Shown: in pieces, positions 1 through 7,687 of the stretch
Layout: each line of letters starts with the position of its first letter
Numbering within the stretch: position 1 is the first letter of the stretch
Source of the DNA: a virus
Taxonomy: Duplodnaviria > Heunggongvirae > Uroviricota > Caudoviricetes
DNA length: 16,682 bases
Direction: 5' to 3' (one strand)
IMG/VR virus record: IMGVR_UViG_2671180643_000014
Translations under genes and position numbers: made by a program
The notes under the pieces: generated by a model
The model's input: only the letters and a program-made list of their open reading frames with translations
Told to the model about the DNA's origin: nothing
Database searches by the model: none

Positions 1-1230
1 ATGAGCAGAGCACTTAACAAACTGAGCGATACACAGCTGAGGAAAATCAACGGCACACCCGCCCAAAAAACAGCCTTTCTTAATGACGGTGGAAACCTGA
101 GCGTCAGGCATTCAACCAGTGGCCTTTTAACCTGGTATTTCACTTACAGGGCCGGAACGGGAAGGGGGGCACCACCGGAACGCATTAAGCTGGGAAATTA
201 TCCTGATCTGAGCCTGAAATCAGCCAGGGAAAAAGCCGCCCAGTGTCGCGCATGGCTGGCAGAGGGGAAAAATCCACGTCATGAGCTTAATTACACCGTA
301 CAGGAAGCGTTAAAGCCGGTAACGGTTGGCGATGCGCTCACCTACTGGCTTGAGTCGTACGCAAAGGAAAACCGCGTGGATTATGCCGCCCTGAAAAAGC
401 GCCTTAATAATCACGTAATACAGCACATTGGTGCTATGCCGCTGGATAAATGCGAGCTACGGCACTGGCTGGCCTGTTTTGACCAGGTGGCAAAGCGAAC
501 GCCTGTTACTGCCGGATTCTTGCTACAGACGTGCAAACAGGCGCTTAAGTTCTGCCGGAGGCGGCGCTATGCAATCAGCAACGTTCTTGATGATATGAGT
601 GTGGCGGACGTTGGGAAAAAACCGGATATAAGCGAGCGTGTCTTAAGCACCAAAGAACTGGGCGAATTATTGCAGGCACTGGACAAAAAAATATTCTCCC
701 CCTACTACATCGCGTTAATCCGCCTCCTGATTGTGTTCGGATGCCGGACGGTAGAACTGAGGTTATCGGAGATCAGCGAGTGGGATTTTACCGAAATGCT
801 CTGGACCGTGCCGAAAGAACACAGCAAAACGAAGGTGGCAATATTCCGGCCCATACCGGAAGCAATACTGCCGTTCGTCACGCAGCTGGTGGAGCAGAAC
901 AGGCACACGGGCTTATTGCTGGGGGAAGTGAAACAGGAAACAAGCGTGTCGCAGTACGGCAGATTAGCGCACAGGAGGCTAAATCACCCTCACTGGTCAC
1001 TACATGACATCCGGCGCACCTTTACAACGATGCTGAGCGATTTAGGCGTGGATCCTCACGTCGTGGAGCAGCTTACAGGCCACCAGATGCCAGGAATGCA
1101 GCGAGTTTATAATCATTCCCGTTATCTGGATGCTAAACGCAATGCGCTGGATATGTGGATGGAGCGGTTAGGGATACTGGCGGGAACACATGAAAACGTA
1201 ACCGCACTACCAGCAGCCAGAAGAAAATAA
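1..1230 (+). CDS. int: Tyrosine site-specific integrase, P4 family
   Basis: 409-aa ORF. N-terminal arm-binding-like region and C-terminal tyrosine recombinase box (HDIRRTF ... GHQ ... RVYNHSRY). First gene of the island. Confidence 0.9.
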   Translation: MSRALNKLSDTQLRKINGTPAQKTAFLNDGGNLSVRHSTSGLLTWYFTYRAGTGRGAPPERIKLGNYPDLSLKSAREKAAQCRAWLAEGKNPRHELNYTVQEALKPVTVGDALTYWLESYAKENRVDYAALKKRLNNHVIQHIGAMPLDKCELRHWLACFDQVAKRTPVTAGFLLQTCKQALKFCRRRRYAISNVLDDMSVADVGKKPDISERVLSTKELGELLQALDKKIFSPYYIALIRLLIVFGCRTVELRLSEISEWDFTEMLWTVPKEHSKTKVAIFRPIPEAILPFVTQLVEQNRHTGLLLGEVKQETSVSQYGRLAHRRLNHPHWSLHDIRRTFTTMLSDLGVDPHVVEQLTGHQMPGMQRVYNHSRYLDAKRNALDMWMERLGILAGTHENVTALPAARRK

Positions 1231-1294
1231 TTTTTTTCGTGTTTTTTCAGTATGCGCATACTGGATAAGCACACAGATACAACGGCGAACAATG

Positions 1295-1322
1295 TGAAAC
1301 AACGTGGAACAACCACGAACAA
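1295..1322. promoter_or_regulatory. Copy A of repeated motif (aacaacgtggaacaaccacgaacaa), inverted relative to copies B and C
   Basis: 25 nt at 1298-1322 are the exact reverse complement of 7728-7752. 18 nt at 1295-1312 are the reverse complement of 15083-15100. Contains the palindrome CGTGG-N5-CCACG. Confidence 0.5.
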
Positions 1323-1595
1323 GAGGCGAAAAAGTACACAGGTTTATAAGTGACTGATTTTATTTGTGTGACTGTTTTTTTATACATTAGCGAATAACGC
1401 TTTAACGCGTGAGAAAAAAGGCATGAAACAATATTTTATGCCTTTGTATTAACATGAATTTAAAAGATTTTATTCTTACTGTTTCATTTTCTGTAAATCA
1501 TACATCCTCAATATTTGCCATTCATCACTCTAGCGGGAACAATACGACACAATAAGACACCTGATGACTCTTTAAGAAACGAAAGGGGGGCAATA

Positions 1596-1784
1596 GTGTT
1601 AAGCACTGATCGGTTTATACGTGAAAAAGAATGCGAAAAACTAACCGGCCTTAGCCGTACGTGTCGCTACCGCCTGGAAAAGGCCGGACAATTCCCATCA
1701 CGTCGTAAACTTGGCGGTCGTTCCGTTGGCTGGTCTTTATCCGAGGTTCTGGCCTGGAAGGATAGCTGCAAGGCAGTTCATTAA
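1596..1784 (+). CDS. alpA: AlpA-family transcriptional regulator / excisionase-like HTH protein
   Basis: Translation RFIREKECEKLTGLSRTCRYRLEKAGQFPSRRKLGGRSVGWSLSEVLAWK matches the AlpA/MerR-like HTH pattern. GTG start at 1596 preceded by aaagggggg Shine-Dalgarno; the track ORF starts further upstream at TTG 1515. Confidence 0.8.
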   Translation: MLSTDRFIREKECEKLTGLSRTCRYRLEKAGQFPSRRKLGGRSVGWSLSEVLAWKDSCKAVH

Positions 1785-1920
1785 TCACGCTGGCGGCACG
1801 CAGCCGCCACACATCAATCATCTGAACACAGAGCTATAACCATGAAGATTGAATATACGCCAGAACGTGGGCGGGGATTCGTTCGCCCTGGTGAAACTGA
1901 AAAACAACAAAATTGGGGTT

Positions 1921-1950
1921 TTTCAGACATAAAAAAAGCGGCCCCGAAAT
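1921..1950 (-). terminator. Candidate intrinsic terminator for the leftward (minus-strand) operon
   Basis: Plus strand reads aaaaaaaGCGGCcccgaaatggaGCCGCc. On the minus strand this is a GC stem followed by a 7-U run, about 100 nt downstream of the minus-strand ORF ending at 2054. Confidence 0.4.
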
Positions 1951-2053
1951 GGAGCCGCCTTTCTGAACAGATAACCCGCTGCGCCGTTTGTGTGTGTGAT
2001 CCCAAACATAAGAACGGCAATGATAGTCGCTATCAGGCTGGTGGGCAATGCTA

Positions 2054-2227
2054 TCAGTCTGGTTCAGTTCGTTGCCATACCTGCAATGAGCGCTTTTCCC
2101 TGTACTCTTTAAGGAATTGCTCAAGGGCAAAAGCACATGGCGCGAATCTTTCTGATTCATGCTCTATCTTTCTGCGCCGTCTTTTCCGTGCCGGTGATAA
2201 TGTTTTGGTCAATTCTTTATCGGTCAT
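2054..2227 (-). CDS. Hypothetical small basic protein (57 aa), second gene of leftward operon
   Basis: Minus-strand ORF MTDKELTKTLSPARKRRRRKIEHE... with AGGA about 8 nt upstream of the second ATG. Lies between the RHH gene and the minus-strand terminator. No recognisable domain. Confidence 0.3.
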   Translation of the reverse strand: MTDKELTKTLSPARKRRRRKIEHESERFAPCAFALEQFLKEYREKRSLQVWQRTEPD

Positions 2228-2284
2228 TGTGTTGTCCTGCATAGCAATGCGCCGTAATACCTTACACCACGGCGCTGATGGTGA

Positions 2285-2464
2285 TTACTCTGGTTCTTTG
2301 GCCTTGCGCCGCTGGCGATATTCAACTTCTCGTTTTAATGCTGCAGTAACAAATTGCCCCGTACTTTCGCCAGGCATTTTTACCGCCTCAACATTGTTCA
2401 TAACTTCATGCGGAACCCTTGCCGCAACGGTTTGTGATTTTGCGTTTACTGCTTTTGTCGCCAT
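2285..2464 (-). CDS. Ribbon-helix-helix (Arc/CopG-like) DNA-binding protein, candidate island repressor
   Basis: 59-aa minus-strand ORF absent from the ORF track: MATKAVNAKSQTVAARVPHEVMNNVEAVKMPGESTGQFVTAALKREVEYRQRRKAKEPE. Strand-helix-helix pattern, GAGGGG Shine-Dalgarno 9 nt upstream, divergent from the operator-rich promoter region. Confidence 0.5.
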   Translation of the reverse strand: MATKAVNAKSQTVAARVPHEVMNNVEAVKMPGESTGQFVTAALKREVEYRQRRKAKEPE

Positions 2465-2514
2465 GTGGTGTACCCCTCATAAAAAACAAATGCAGTATGC
2501 AGGAAAAAAAATAA

Positions 2515-2566
2515 GTGTTCAACACTTGACGTGTTTAACACCTGGGTTTAAATTGGTGTTCAACAC
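2515..2566. promoter_or_regulatory. Divergent promoter region with three palindromic operators GTGTT(C/T)AACAC
   Basis: Operators at 2515-2525, 2531-2541 and 2556-2566 bracket a rightward -35 TTGACG (2526-2531) and -10 TAAATT (2549-2554). A leftward -35/-10 (TTGAAC / CATACT) is readable on the minus strand. Confidence 0.6.
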
Positions 2567-2663
2567 CTTGTTGGCGCAAGGTGCAGAAACGACGAAACCC
2601 GGCAGTGCGCTAACACTAACCGGGCTTCTAACCACCAACGATAGCGAAAGTATCGAGGTAGCT

Positions 2664-2867
2664 ATGAGAAATCATACCACACACCCGCAAGGGCGGGACT
2701 CGCACAACCTGAATAAATACATCTGGCGTTTTATCGCCCTGAGCACGGCACAACCGCGCGTGATTACCATTGAGGCCACCAGCGAACAGGAAGCACGCCA
2801 GCAATCCCCGGCTGGCTGCGTGATGGTATTCGCTGCCCGTATTCGTCAGGGGTCACATCATGCGTAA
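2664..2867 (+). CDS. Icd/Ash-like small protein (P4-type immunity-region protein), paralog 1
   Basis: 67 aa, GAGG Shine-Dalgarno 6 nt upstream. C-terminal block YIWRF...EATSEQEARQQ...FAARIRQG is shared with the gene at 3154-3327. The family assignment is from memory of P4-like prophage annotations. Confidence 0.5.
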   Translation: MRNHTTHPQGRDSHNLNKYIWRFIALSTAQPRVITIEATSEQEARQQSPAGCVMVFAARIRQGSHHA

Positions 2868-2989
2868 AAACCGCTTGCAAAAAATTATCACGGGGCTGTA
2901 TGCTTCCCCCGTCGCCCACATGGCGACCGGGTTTGACAGCCTGAATACATCTGGCGGACAGCCGCCCACATCCGATAAGCGGTTTTTTT
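2866..2989 (+). ncRNA. Candidate structured RNA or complex terminator between the two Icd-like genes
   Basis: An 11-bp perfect long-range stem (aaaaaccgctt at 2866-2876 pairs with aagcggttttt at 2977-2987) encloses three local hairpins and is followed by a 7-T run. Pairings were read by eye, not computed. Confidence 0.3.
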
Positions 2990-3103
2990 GTGTCCGTAAA
3001 CCTACCCATACCCGCATTATGGCGGGGCGTAACGGGGGAGCCTTTGTGCTCGCTGGTTTCCAGATGACCAGTCTGTCAACCCTGTTACGTCTCGCCACCA
3101 TGT

Positions 3104-3134
3104 TTGACAGCGTAGTAGCGAGACTCCTTAAAAT
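3104..3134 (+). promoter_or_regulatory. Candidate sigma70-type promoter for Icd-like paralog 2 and the downstream cassette
   Basis: -35 TTGACA at 3104-3109 and -10 TAAAAT at 3129-3134 (19-bp spacer, on the long side). GGGAG Shine-Dalgarno and ATG 3154 follow. Confidence 0.35.
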
Positions 3135-3153
3135 TCATCTGGGAGCCTTTCAC

Positions 3154-3327
3154 ATGGCTGTATCCGCACGCCCTTATTTTGTCTGGCGCTTTATGCAGTG
3201 CCAGGAAAAACAAACCTCACTCTTTACCGTCACGGCAGCAACAGAACGCGAAGCCCGCGCCCAGCTGCCGCACGCACATCTGATTTTTGTCGCCCGTATT
3301 CGTCAGGGGGAAACCTATGCACAATAA
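3154..3327 (+). CDS. Icd/Ash-like small protein, paralog 2
   Basis: 57 aa; YFVWRF...TAATEREARAQ...FVARIRQG aligns with paralog 1. Start chosen at the ATG with an upstream GGGAG; the in-frame ORF extends upstream to 2860, so the start is uncertain. Confidence 0.5.
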   Translation: MAVSARPYFVWRFMQCQEKQTSLFTVTAATEREARAQLPHAHLIFVARIRQGETYAQ

Positions 3328-3538
3328 AACCACGCCGGACGCAGCCGCCGCCGCGCTCACTACGCTGATGCATGCGCTTATTGATATTGAATGCACAGCA
3401 GGGCTTGCACAAAAGGAAGAACGGGAAGAATACACATTGTTCGCCCTGGAATGTATTCGATACATCGCAACGCGGTCGCTGAATGACGCTAAAAATATTC
3501 TTGTTGCTGATTGTGAAAATGGGGGTGGTTATGCGTGA
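3317..3538 (+). CDS. Hypothetical small protein (73 aa)
   Basis: AGGGGG Shine-Dalgarno 6 nt before ATG 3317. Overlaps the stop of the upstream gene. No recognisable motif. Confidence 0.5.
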   Translation: MHNKTTPDAAAAALTTLMHALIDIECTAGLAQKEEREEYTLFALECIRYIATRSLNDAKNILVADCENGGGYA

Positions 3539-3764
3539 TGATCGTTTTAATTCCCTGAAACAGGAATTTTCCGGCGTTCCTGATGATGCGGCTGATGCGC
3601 TTTCGTCAATGCCAGAATTTATTAGAGCGGCTTTTTTCTTACTTTCCACGAGAGAATATAAATCAACGGGGCTTGATGTACTGAATATCGCCGCCGATTA
3701 TGCGGAATATGTGGCAGAGGCGCGTTATAGAAGAAAATTTCCTGAGGATGTAAGCCATGCGTGA
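3531..3764 (+). CDS. Hypothetical small protein (77 aa)
   Basis: ATG 3531 overlaps the upstream stop in an ATGCGTGA junction. GGGGGTGG Shine-Dalgarno. Confidence 0.5.
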   Translation: MRDDRFNSLKQEFSGVPDDAADALSSMPEFIRAAFFLLSTREYKSTGLDVLNIAADYAEYVAEARYRRKFPEDVSHA

Positions 3765-3990
3765 TATTTACCTCGAAACAATAGACCGCGCATTTCTTGC
3801 ACTTTCTCACAGTGAAAGCATGATGGAAATATTACGCATATGGCTTGAAACACTTGGCGACAATGAACGCGACAAACAAAAATCAAGAATTGCCACGGCA
3901 TTAATAACGCTTCTTGAGCCTGTAATAATGGAACTGCAAGAAATAGATATATTGCACGACAGATATAAAGAACAGCACACCGGAGAATAA
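3757..3990 (+). CDS. Hypothetical small protein (77 aa), AT-rich gene
   Basis: Second ATGCGTGA start/stop overlap at 3757-3764. Visibly AT-rich compared with neighbours. Confidence 0.5.
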   Translation: MRDIYLETIDRAFLALSHSESMMEILRIWLETLGDNERDKQKSRIATALITLLEPVIMELQEIDILHDRYKEQHTGE

Positions 3991-3995
3991 AAATA

Positions 3996-4295
3996 ATGAA
4001 ACTTAAATATTCTGGCTTAACTGCCAGTGGCAACACTCACCCTAAATTTACGCGCGGCGATATTTACCGCGACCAGTACGGCGGCACCGTAACGATTAAA
4101 GGTGTAGAAGAGCGACGCATTACCTACCGCCGTGAAGGCTACGAATATGACTGCGTGATGCCTGTTTATCAGTTCCGGCGTGATTTTTCTCTGGTACAGG
4201 CAGCGCCCCGCAGTAAACCAACCAGCAGGGAGAAAGCACGCGCCAATATTCAGGAAATAAAAAAGATGCTTAACGTATTCAGGGGTAAGAAATGA
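3996..4295 (+). CDS. Hypothetical protein (99 aa) immediately upstream of primase
   Basis: GGAG upstream of ATG 3996; stop overlaps the primase start (ATGA). No recognisable domain. Confidence 0.55.
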   Translation: MKLKYSGLTASGNTHPKFTRGDIYRDQYGGTVTIKGVEERRITYRREGYEYDCVMPVYQFRRDFSLVQAAPRSKPTSREKARANIQEIKKMLNVFRGKK

Positions 4296-6040
4296 AACTG
4301 GCACCGAACGTAAAAAAACAACCACGCGGAATAAAACACAAAGACACAGAGGTAATTATTTTCGCGGGTAGTGATGCGTGGTCACATGCAAAACAGTGGC
4401 AGGAGCAGGACGGCCCCGCATCCGGCGATAATGTGCCGCCTGTGTGGCTTGGGCCAAATCAGCTTGCCGAACTTGATGCGCTGAAAATTGTTCCGGATGG
4501 GAAAAAGCGCGTAAGGCTGTACCAGGCCGGAGAACTTGATTTAGTGGAGACCAAAAAGATTGGTCAGAAGCTGGCGGCGGCAGATATTCAGGACGCAAAT
4601 TTTTACCCCGAAGGAATGCACGTCCAGAAGTGTGAAAACTGGCGGCGCTATCTGAATGCTGAGCGTGAAAATATTGCCGCAGGGCTTACCATGCCGGAGC
4701 AGAAAAATACGCAACTGGCACAAATGGCAGACAGTGAGCGCGCGCAGCTGCTTGCCGAGCGCTTTGATGGCGTTTGTGTGCATCCGGAAAGTGAAATCGT
4801 TCACGTATGGCGCGGCGGGGTATGGTGTCCGGTCAGCACAATGGAACTTAGCCGCGAAATGGTGGCGATCTATTCAGAGCACAGGGCCACTTTCAGCAAG
4901 CGCGTAATCAATAACGCCGTGGAAGCGTTAAAAGTTATTGCCGAACCAATGGGCGAGCCGTCCGGCGATTTGCTGCCGTTCGCCAATGGTGCGCTTGACC
5001 TGAAAACGGGGGGATTTTCCCCGCACACGCCGGAGAACTGGATCACCACGCACAACGGCATTGAGTACACGCCACCAGCACCAGGGGAGAACATCCGCGA
5101 TAACGCGCCAAACTTTCATAAATGGCTTGAGCACGCAGCCGGAAAAGACCCGCGCAAGATGATGCGTATATGTGCCGCGCTGTACATGATTATGGCGAAC
5201 CGGTACGACTGGCAGATGTTTATTGAGGCCACCGGAGACGGCGGGAGCGGTAAAAGTACATTCACGCACATAGCCAGCCTTCTGGCAGGGAAACAGAACA
5301 CGGTAAGCGCTGAAATGACGTCGCTTGATGATGCTGGTGGACGTGCGCAGGTTGTCGGGAGTCGTCTTATCGTCCTGGCTGACCAGCCGAAATATACAGG
5401 CGAAGGAACGGGTATCAAGAAAATCACGGGCGGTGACCCCGTGGAAATTAACCCGAAATACGAAAAGCGTTTCACGGCTGTAATCAGGGCGGTGGTGCTG
5501 GCGACCAACAATAACCCGATGATATTCACCGAACGGGCCGGAGGTGTGGCACGTCGTCGCGTGATTTTCCGTTTCGACAATATCGTCAGTGAGGCCGAAA
5601 AAGACAGGGAGCTACCGGAAAAGATTGCGGCTGAAATCCCTGTCATTATCCGCCGATTGCTGGCGAACTTTACCGACCCTGAGAAGGCACGGGCTTTACT
5701 ACTGGAACAGCGTGACGGTGATGAAGCACTGGCAATAAAGCAACAGACGGATCCGGTTATTGAGTTTTGCCAGTTCCTGAATTTTCTGGAGGAAGCGCGC
5801 GGCCTGATGATGGGTGGCGGTGGTGATTCAGTGAAGTATACGACCAGGAACAGCCTTTACCGCGTCTATCTGGCGTTTATGGCATACGCAGGCAGGAGCA
5901 AACCGCTAAACGTGGCTGAGTTCAGCAAGGCCATGAAGCCAGCGGCGAAAGTTTACGGGCATGAATATATTACGCGAAAAGTTAAGGGAGTAACGCAGAC
6001 CAACGCAATTACAACAGACGATTGCGACGCGTTTTTATAA
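4292..6040 (+). CDS. Replication primase-helicase, P4-alpha/D5-type with SF3 NTPase domain
   Basis: 582 aa. Walker A GDGGSGKST in a D5_N/primase-C-like context; the largest island ORF, directly followed by the iteron array. Confidence 0.85.
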   Translation: MKLAPNVKKQPRGIKHKDTEVIIFAGSDAWSHAKQWQEQDGPASGDNVPPVWLGPNQLAELDALKIVPDGKKRVRLYQAGELDLVETKKIGQKLAAADIQDANFYPEGMHVQKCENWRRYLNAERENIAAGLTMPEQKNTQLAQMADSERAQLLAERFDGVCVHPESEIVHVWRGGVWCPVSTMELSREMVAIYSEHRATFSKRVINNAVEALKVIAEPMGEPSGDLLPFANGALDLKTGGFSPHTPENWITTHNGIEYTPPAPGENIRDNAPNFHKWLEHAAGKDPRKMMRICAALYMIMANRYDWQMFIEATGDGGSGKSTFTHIASLLAGKQNTVSAEMTSLDDAGGRAQVVGSRLIVLADQPKYTGEGTGIKKITGGDPVEINPKYEKRFTAVIRAVVLATNNNPMIFTERAGGVARRRVIFRFDNIVSEAEKDRELPEKIAAEIPVIIRRLLANFTDPEKARALLLEQRDGDEALAIKQQTDPVIEFCQFLNFLEEARGLMMGGGGDSVKYTTRNSLYRVYLAFMAYAGRSKPLNVAEFSKAMKPAAKVYGHEYITRKVKGVTQTNAITTDDCDAFL

Positions 6041-6052
6041 TTTTTTGTAAAA

Positions 6053-6277
6053 GCCCTCTACCCCATCTACCTGAATGAAATAAACGCATATTATTCAACA
6101 TGATAAGTAGGTAGAGGGCCAGGTAGAAGGCTAATAAAAGCTCTCTACCTCTTCTACCTGATTTTATCAGTTTCAGGTAGCAGGGTAGACGGCAGGTAGA
6201 GGAGCCAAAAAAGCTATCTACCCGCTGAAAGCCGCGCCATTACTGACATGATGAGCATTCGGGTAGATGGGTAGAGG
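6053..6277. repeat. Iteron array, putative replication origin
   Basis: About 12 copies of GGTAGA/TCTACC in both orientations, mostly as doublets spaced about 10 bp apart, for example ccctctaccccatctacc, aggtagagggccaggtagaagg, ctctctacctcttctacc and gggtagatgggtagagg. Confidence 0.75.
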
Positions 6278-6323
6278 GGGGGAGGCACAACTAAAAACTT
6301 TTTAAACGAGGGGGTGAAAATAA

Positions 6324-6638
6324 ATGCGCATACATCAAAATCACTTAACAAACATGCCAGCCGAAAACATGAATCAGGGGCGACAAATGGCCAACATTCG
6401 CAGAGACAGAACACAGGCAAAATATAAAGCGTTAGACATGACAGAGCTTTCCTTAAAGGTGGCAATCAAAGCGATAGACCACCACACACGGGCAGGATAC
6501 GCGAAGGAACATCCCGACCTGATAAGCGCATTCATGACCACGGCAGCGGCAAACTTTGCCACGCTGACAGAACGGGAGATTGCCGAAGCGGAACAGGTAA
6601 CAACCATCAATGTTAAAACCGGAGAGGTGGAATCATGA
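6324..6638 (+). CDS. Hypothetical protein (104 aa) between origin and SSB
   Basis: Strong GAGGGGGTG Shine-Dalgarno before ATG 6324. Stop overlaps the ssb start. Confidence 0.55.
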   Translation: MRIHQNHLTNMPAENMNQGRQMANIRRDRTQAKYKALDMTELSLKVAIKAIDHHTRAGYAKEHPDLISAFMTTAAANFATLTEREIAEAEQVTTINVKTGEVES

Positions 6639-7045
6639 CAGCACAGATAGCCGCTTACGGGCGGCTGGTGGACGACCCGCAGGTAAAACAGACCAGCAAG
6701 GGCACACCGATGACGCTGGCGCGTATGGCGGTATCGCTGCCATGCAGCCAGGCACAGGATGGACAGGCGACGTTATGGCTATCGGTCATCGCATTTGGTA
6801 AGCAGGCCGACTTCCTGGCTAAACATCAAAAAGGCGACGTTGCCAGCGTATCCGGCACGATGCAGGTCAGCCAGTGGACCGGACAGAACGGGGAAACGCG
6901 GCAGGGTTATCAGGTTATTGCAGACAGCGTAATCAGTGCCCGTGCGGCACGTCCTGGCGGGAACAGACGCAAGACCACAGGCACACAGGGTAATCAGCCA
7001 CCAGCGGGAGGCGATGACCCTTACGGTGACGGTATTCCGTTCTGA
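6635..7045 (+). CDS. ssb: Single-stranded DNA-binding protein
   Basis: 136 aa. OB-fold region reads like bacterial SSB, with a Gly/Pro-rich linker and an acidic C-terminal tip DDPYGDGIPF resembling the SSB DDDIPF tail. Confidence 0.75.
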   Translation: MTAQIAAYGRLVDDPQVKQTSKGTPMTLARMAVSLPCSQAQDGQATLWLSVIAFGKQADFLAKHQKGDVASVSGTMQVSQWTGQNGETRQGYQVIADSVISARAARPGGNRRKTTGTQGNQPPAGGDDPYGDGIPF

Positions 7046-7132
7046 GGGGGTGAGGATGGTACATGACGCATAGCGGAGGAACTCGAGGCTAAAGGATTTT
7101 ACCGGAGGGCGTCGGCGCGATGGGGTGAAGTC

Positions 7133-7327
7133 ATGCTGCTGGTGGAGACAGACAAGGAACGGCATCACATCACGATGCGACGGCTGGAATGTTCCAGGAA
7201 GGCACAGAGGCCACCGGAGCCACCGGATAATTACGGAGACCTGAAAAAGGCAGTCGATCGCACTTATGCCGAAATGGGGATAGATGGTGCTGGTGATGAA
7301 ATATGGCGCAATTACCAGGACAGCTAA
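7133..7327 (+). CDS. Hypothetical small protein (64 aa)
   Basis: ORF followed immediately by a strong intrinsic terminator. Weak Shine-Dalgarno, start uncertain. Confidence 0.4.
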   Translation: MLLVETDKERHHITMRRLECSRKAQRPPEPPDNYGDLKKAVDRTYAEMGIDGAGDEIWRNYQDS

Positions 7328-7333
7328 TCACAC

Positions 7334-7357
7334 AGCCGGAGAAATCCGGCTTTTTTT
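7334..7357 (+). terminator. Intrinsic terminator
   Basis: AGCCGGA-gaaa-TCCGGCT stem-loop followed by a 7-T run. Confidence 0.75.
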
Positions 7358-7452
7358 GCACCAGTTGAAACGGTATGGCGCATTACCGGGTTTTCGTCAC
7401 GGTCAGGCATAGTTACTATCTGAAACAAACAGACACAACAGAGGAAAAAACA

Positions 7453-7677
7453 ATGCCGATGAAATTTGATGAGATATTAAAACAGCGTGATAAATACCAT
7501 GCTGACAACATGGAGACGATGAGCATCAATGATTACCGCGCATTCCTGGAGACGGGCGCACTGATTGAAAAGGATCAGCATGGTTTTGTTAGATGTGCTC
7601 TATCCGGTGAAATGCTGGCGGTAAATCCTGAACAGATAGATGCATTGATAGAATTTCTGAAAGGGATCAGGGACTGA
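7453..7677 (+). CDS. Hypothetical small protein (74 aa) upstream of the head operon
   Basis: GAGGA Shine-Dalgarno 7 nt before ATG 7453. Followed by a terminator. The track ORF starts at 7375, but the region before 7453 lacks a ribosome-binding site. Confidence 0.5.
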   Translation: MPMKFDEILKQRDKYHADNMETMSINDYRAFLETGALIEKDQHGFVRCALSGEMLAVNPEQIDALIEFLKGIRD

Positions 7678-7687
7678 GCACGCATAC

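Noticed and set aside
1842-2867. 341-aa plus-strand ORF from the six-frame track
   Set aside because: The translation is low-complexity and rich in Cys, Ser and Arg, and it runs straight through a promoter/operator region and a terminator. Only its last 67 codons (2664-2867) look like a real gene. The region is better explained by a leftward RHH operon plus a divergent promoter.
2860-3153. N-terminal extension of the second Icd-like ORF (155-aa track ORF)
   Set aside because: The upstream part overlaps the hairpin-dense element and a promoter-like sequence. The conserved paralogous block starts near ATG 3154, which has its own ribosome-binding site.
4928-5646. Minus-strand ORFs of 113 and 176 aa inside the primase gene
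   Set aside because: They are antisense shadow ORFs within a well-supported long coding region and have no ribosome-binding sites or protein-like composition. The same applies to other antisense ORFs inside the capsid, portal, terL and phoQ genes.
6053-6277. Possible CRISPR array
   Set aside because: The repeats are 6-7 bp iterons in both orientations with irregular short spacing, not 25-40 bp direct repeats with unique spacers.
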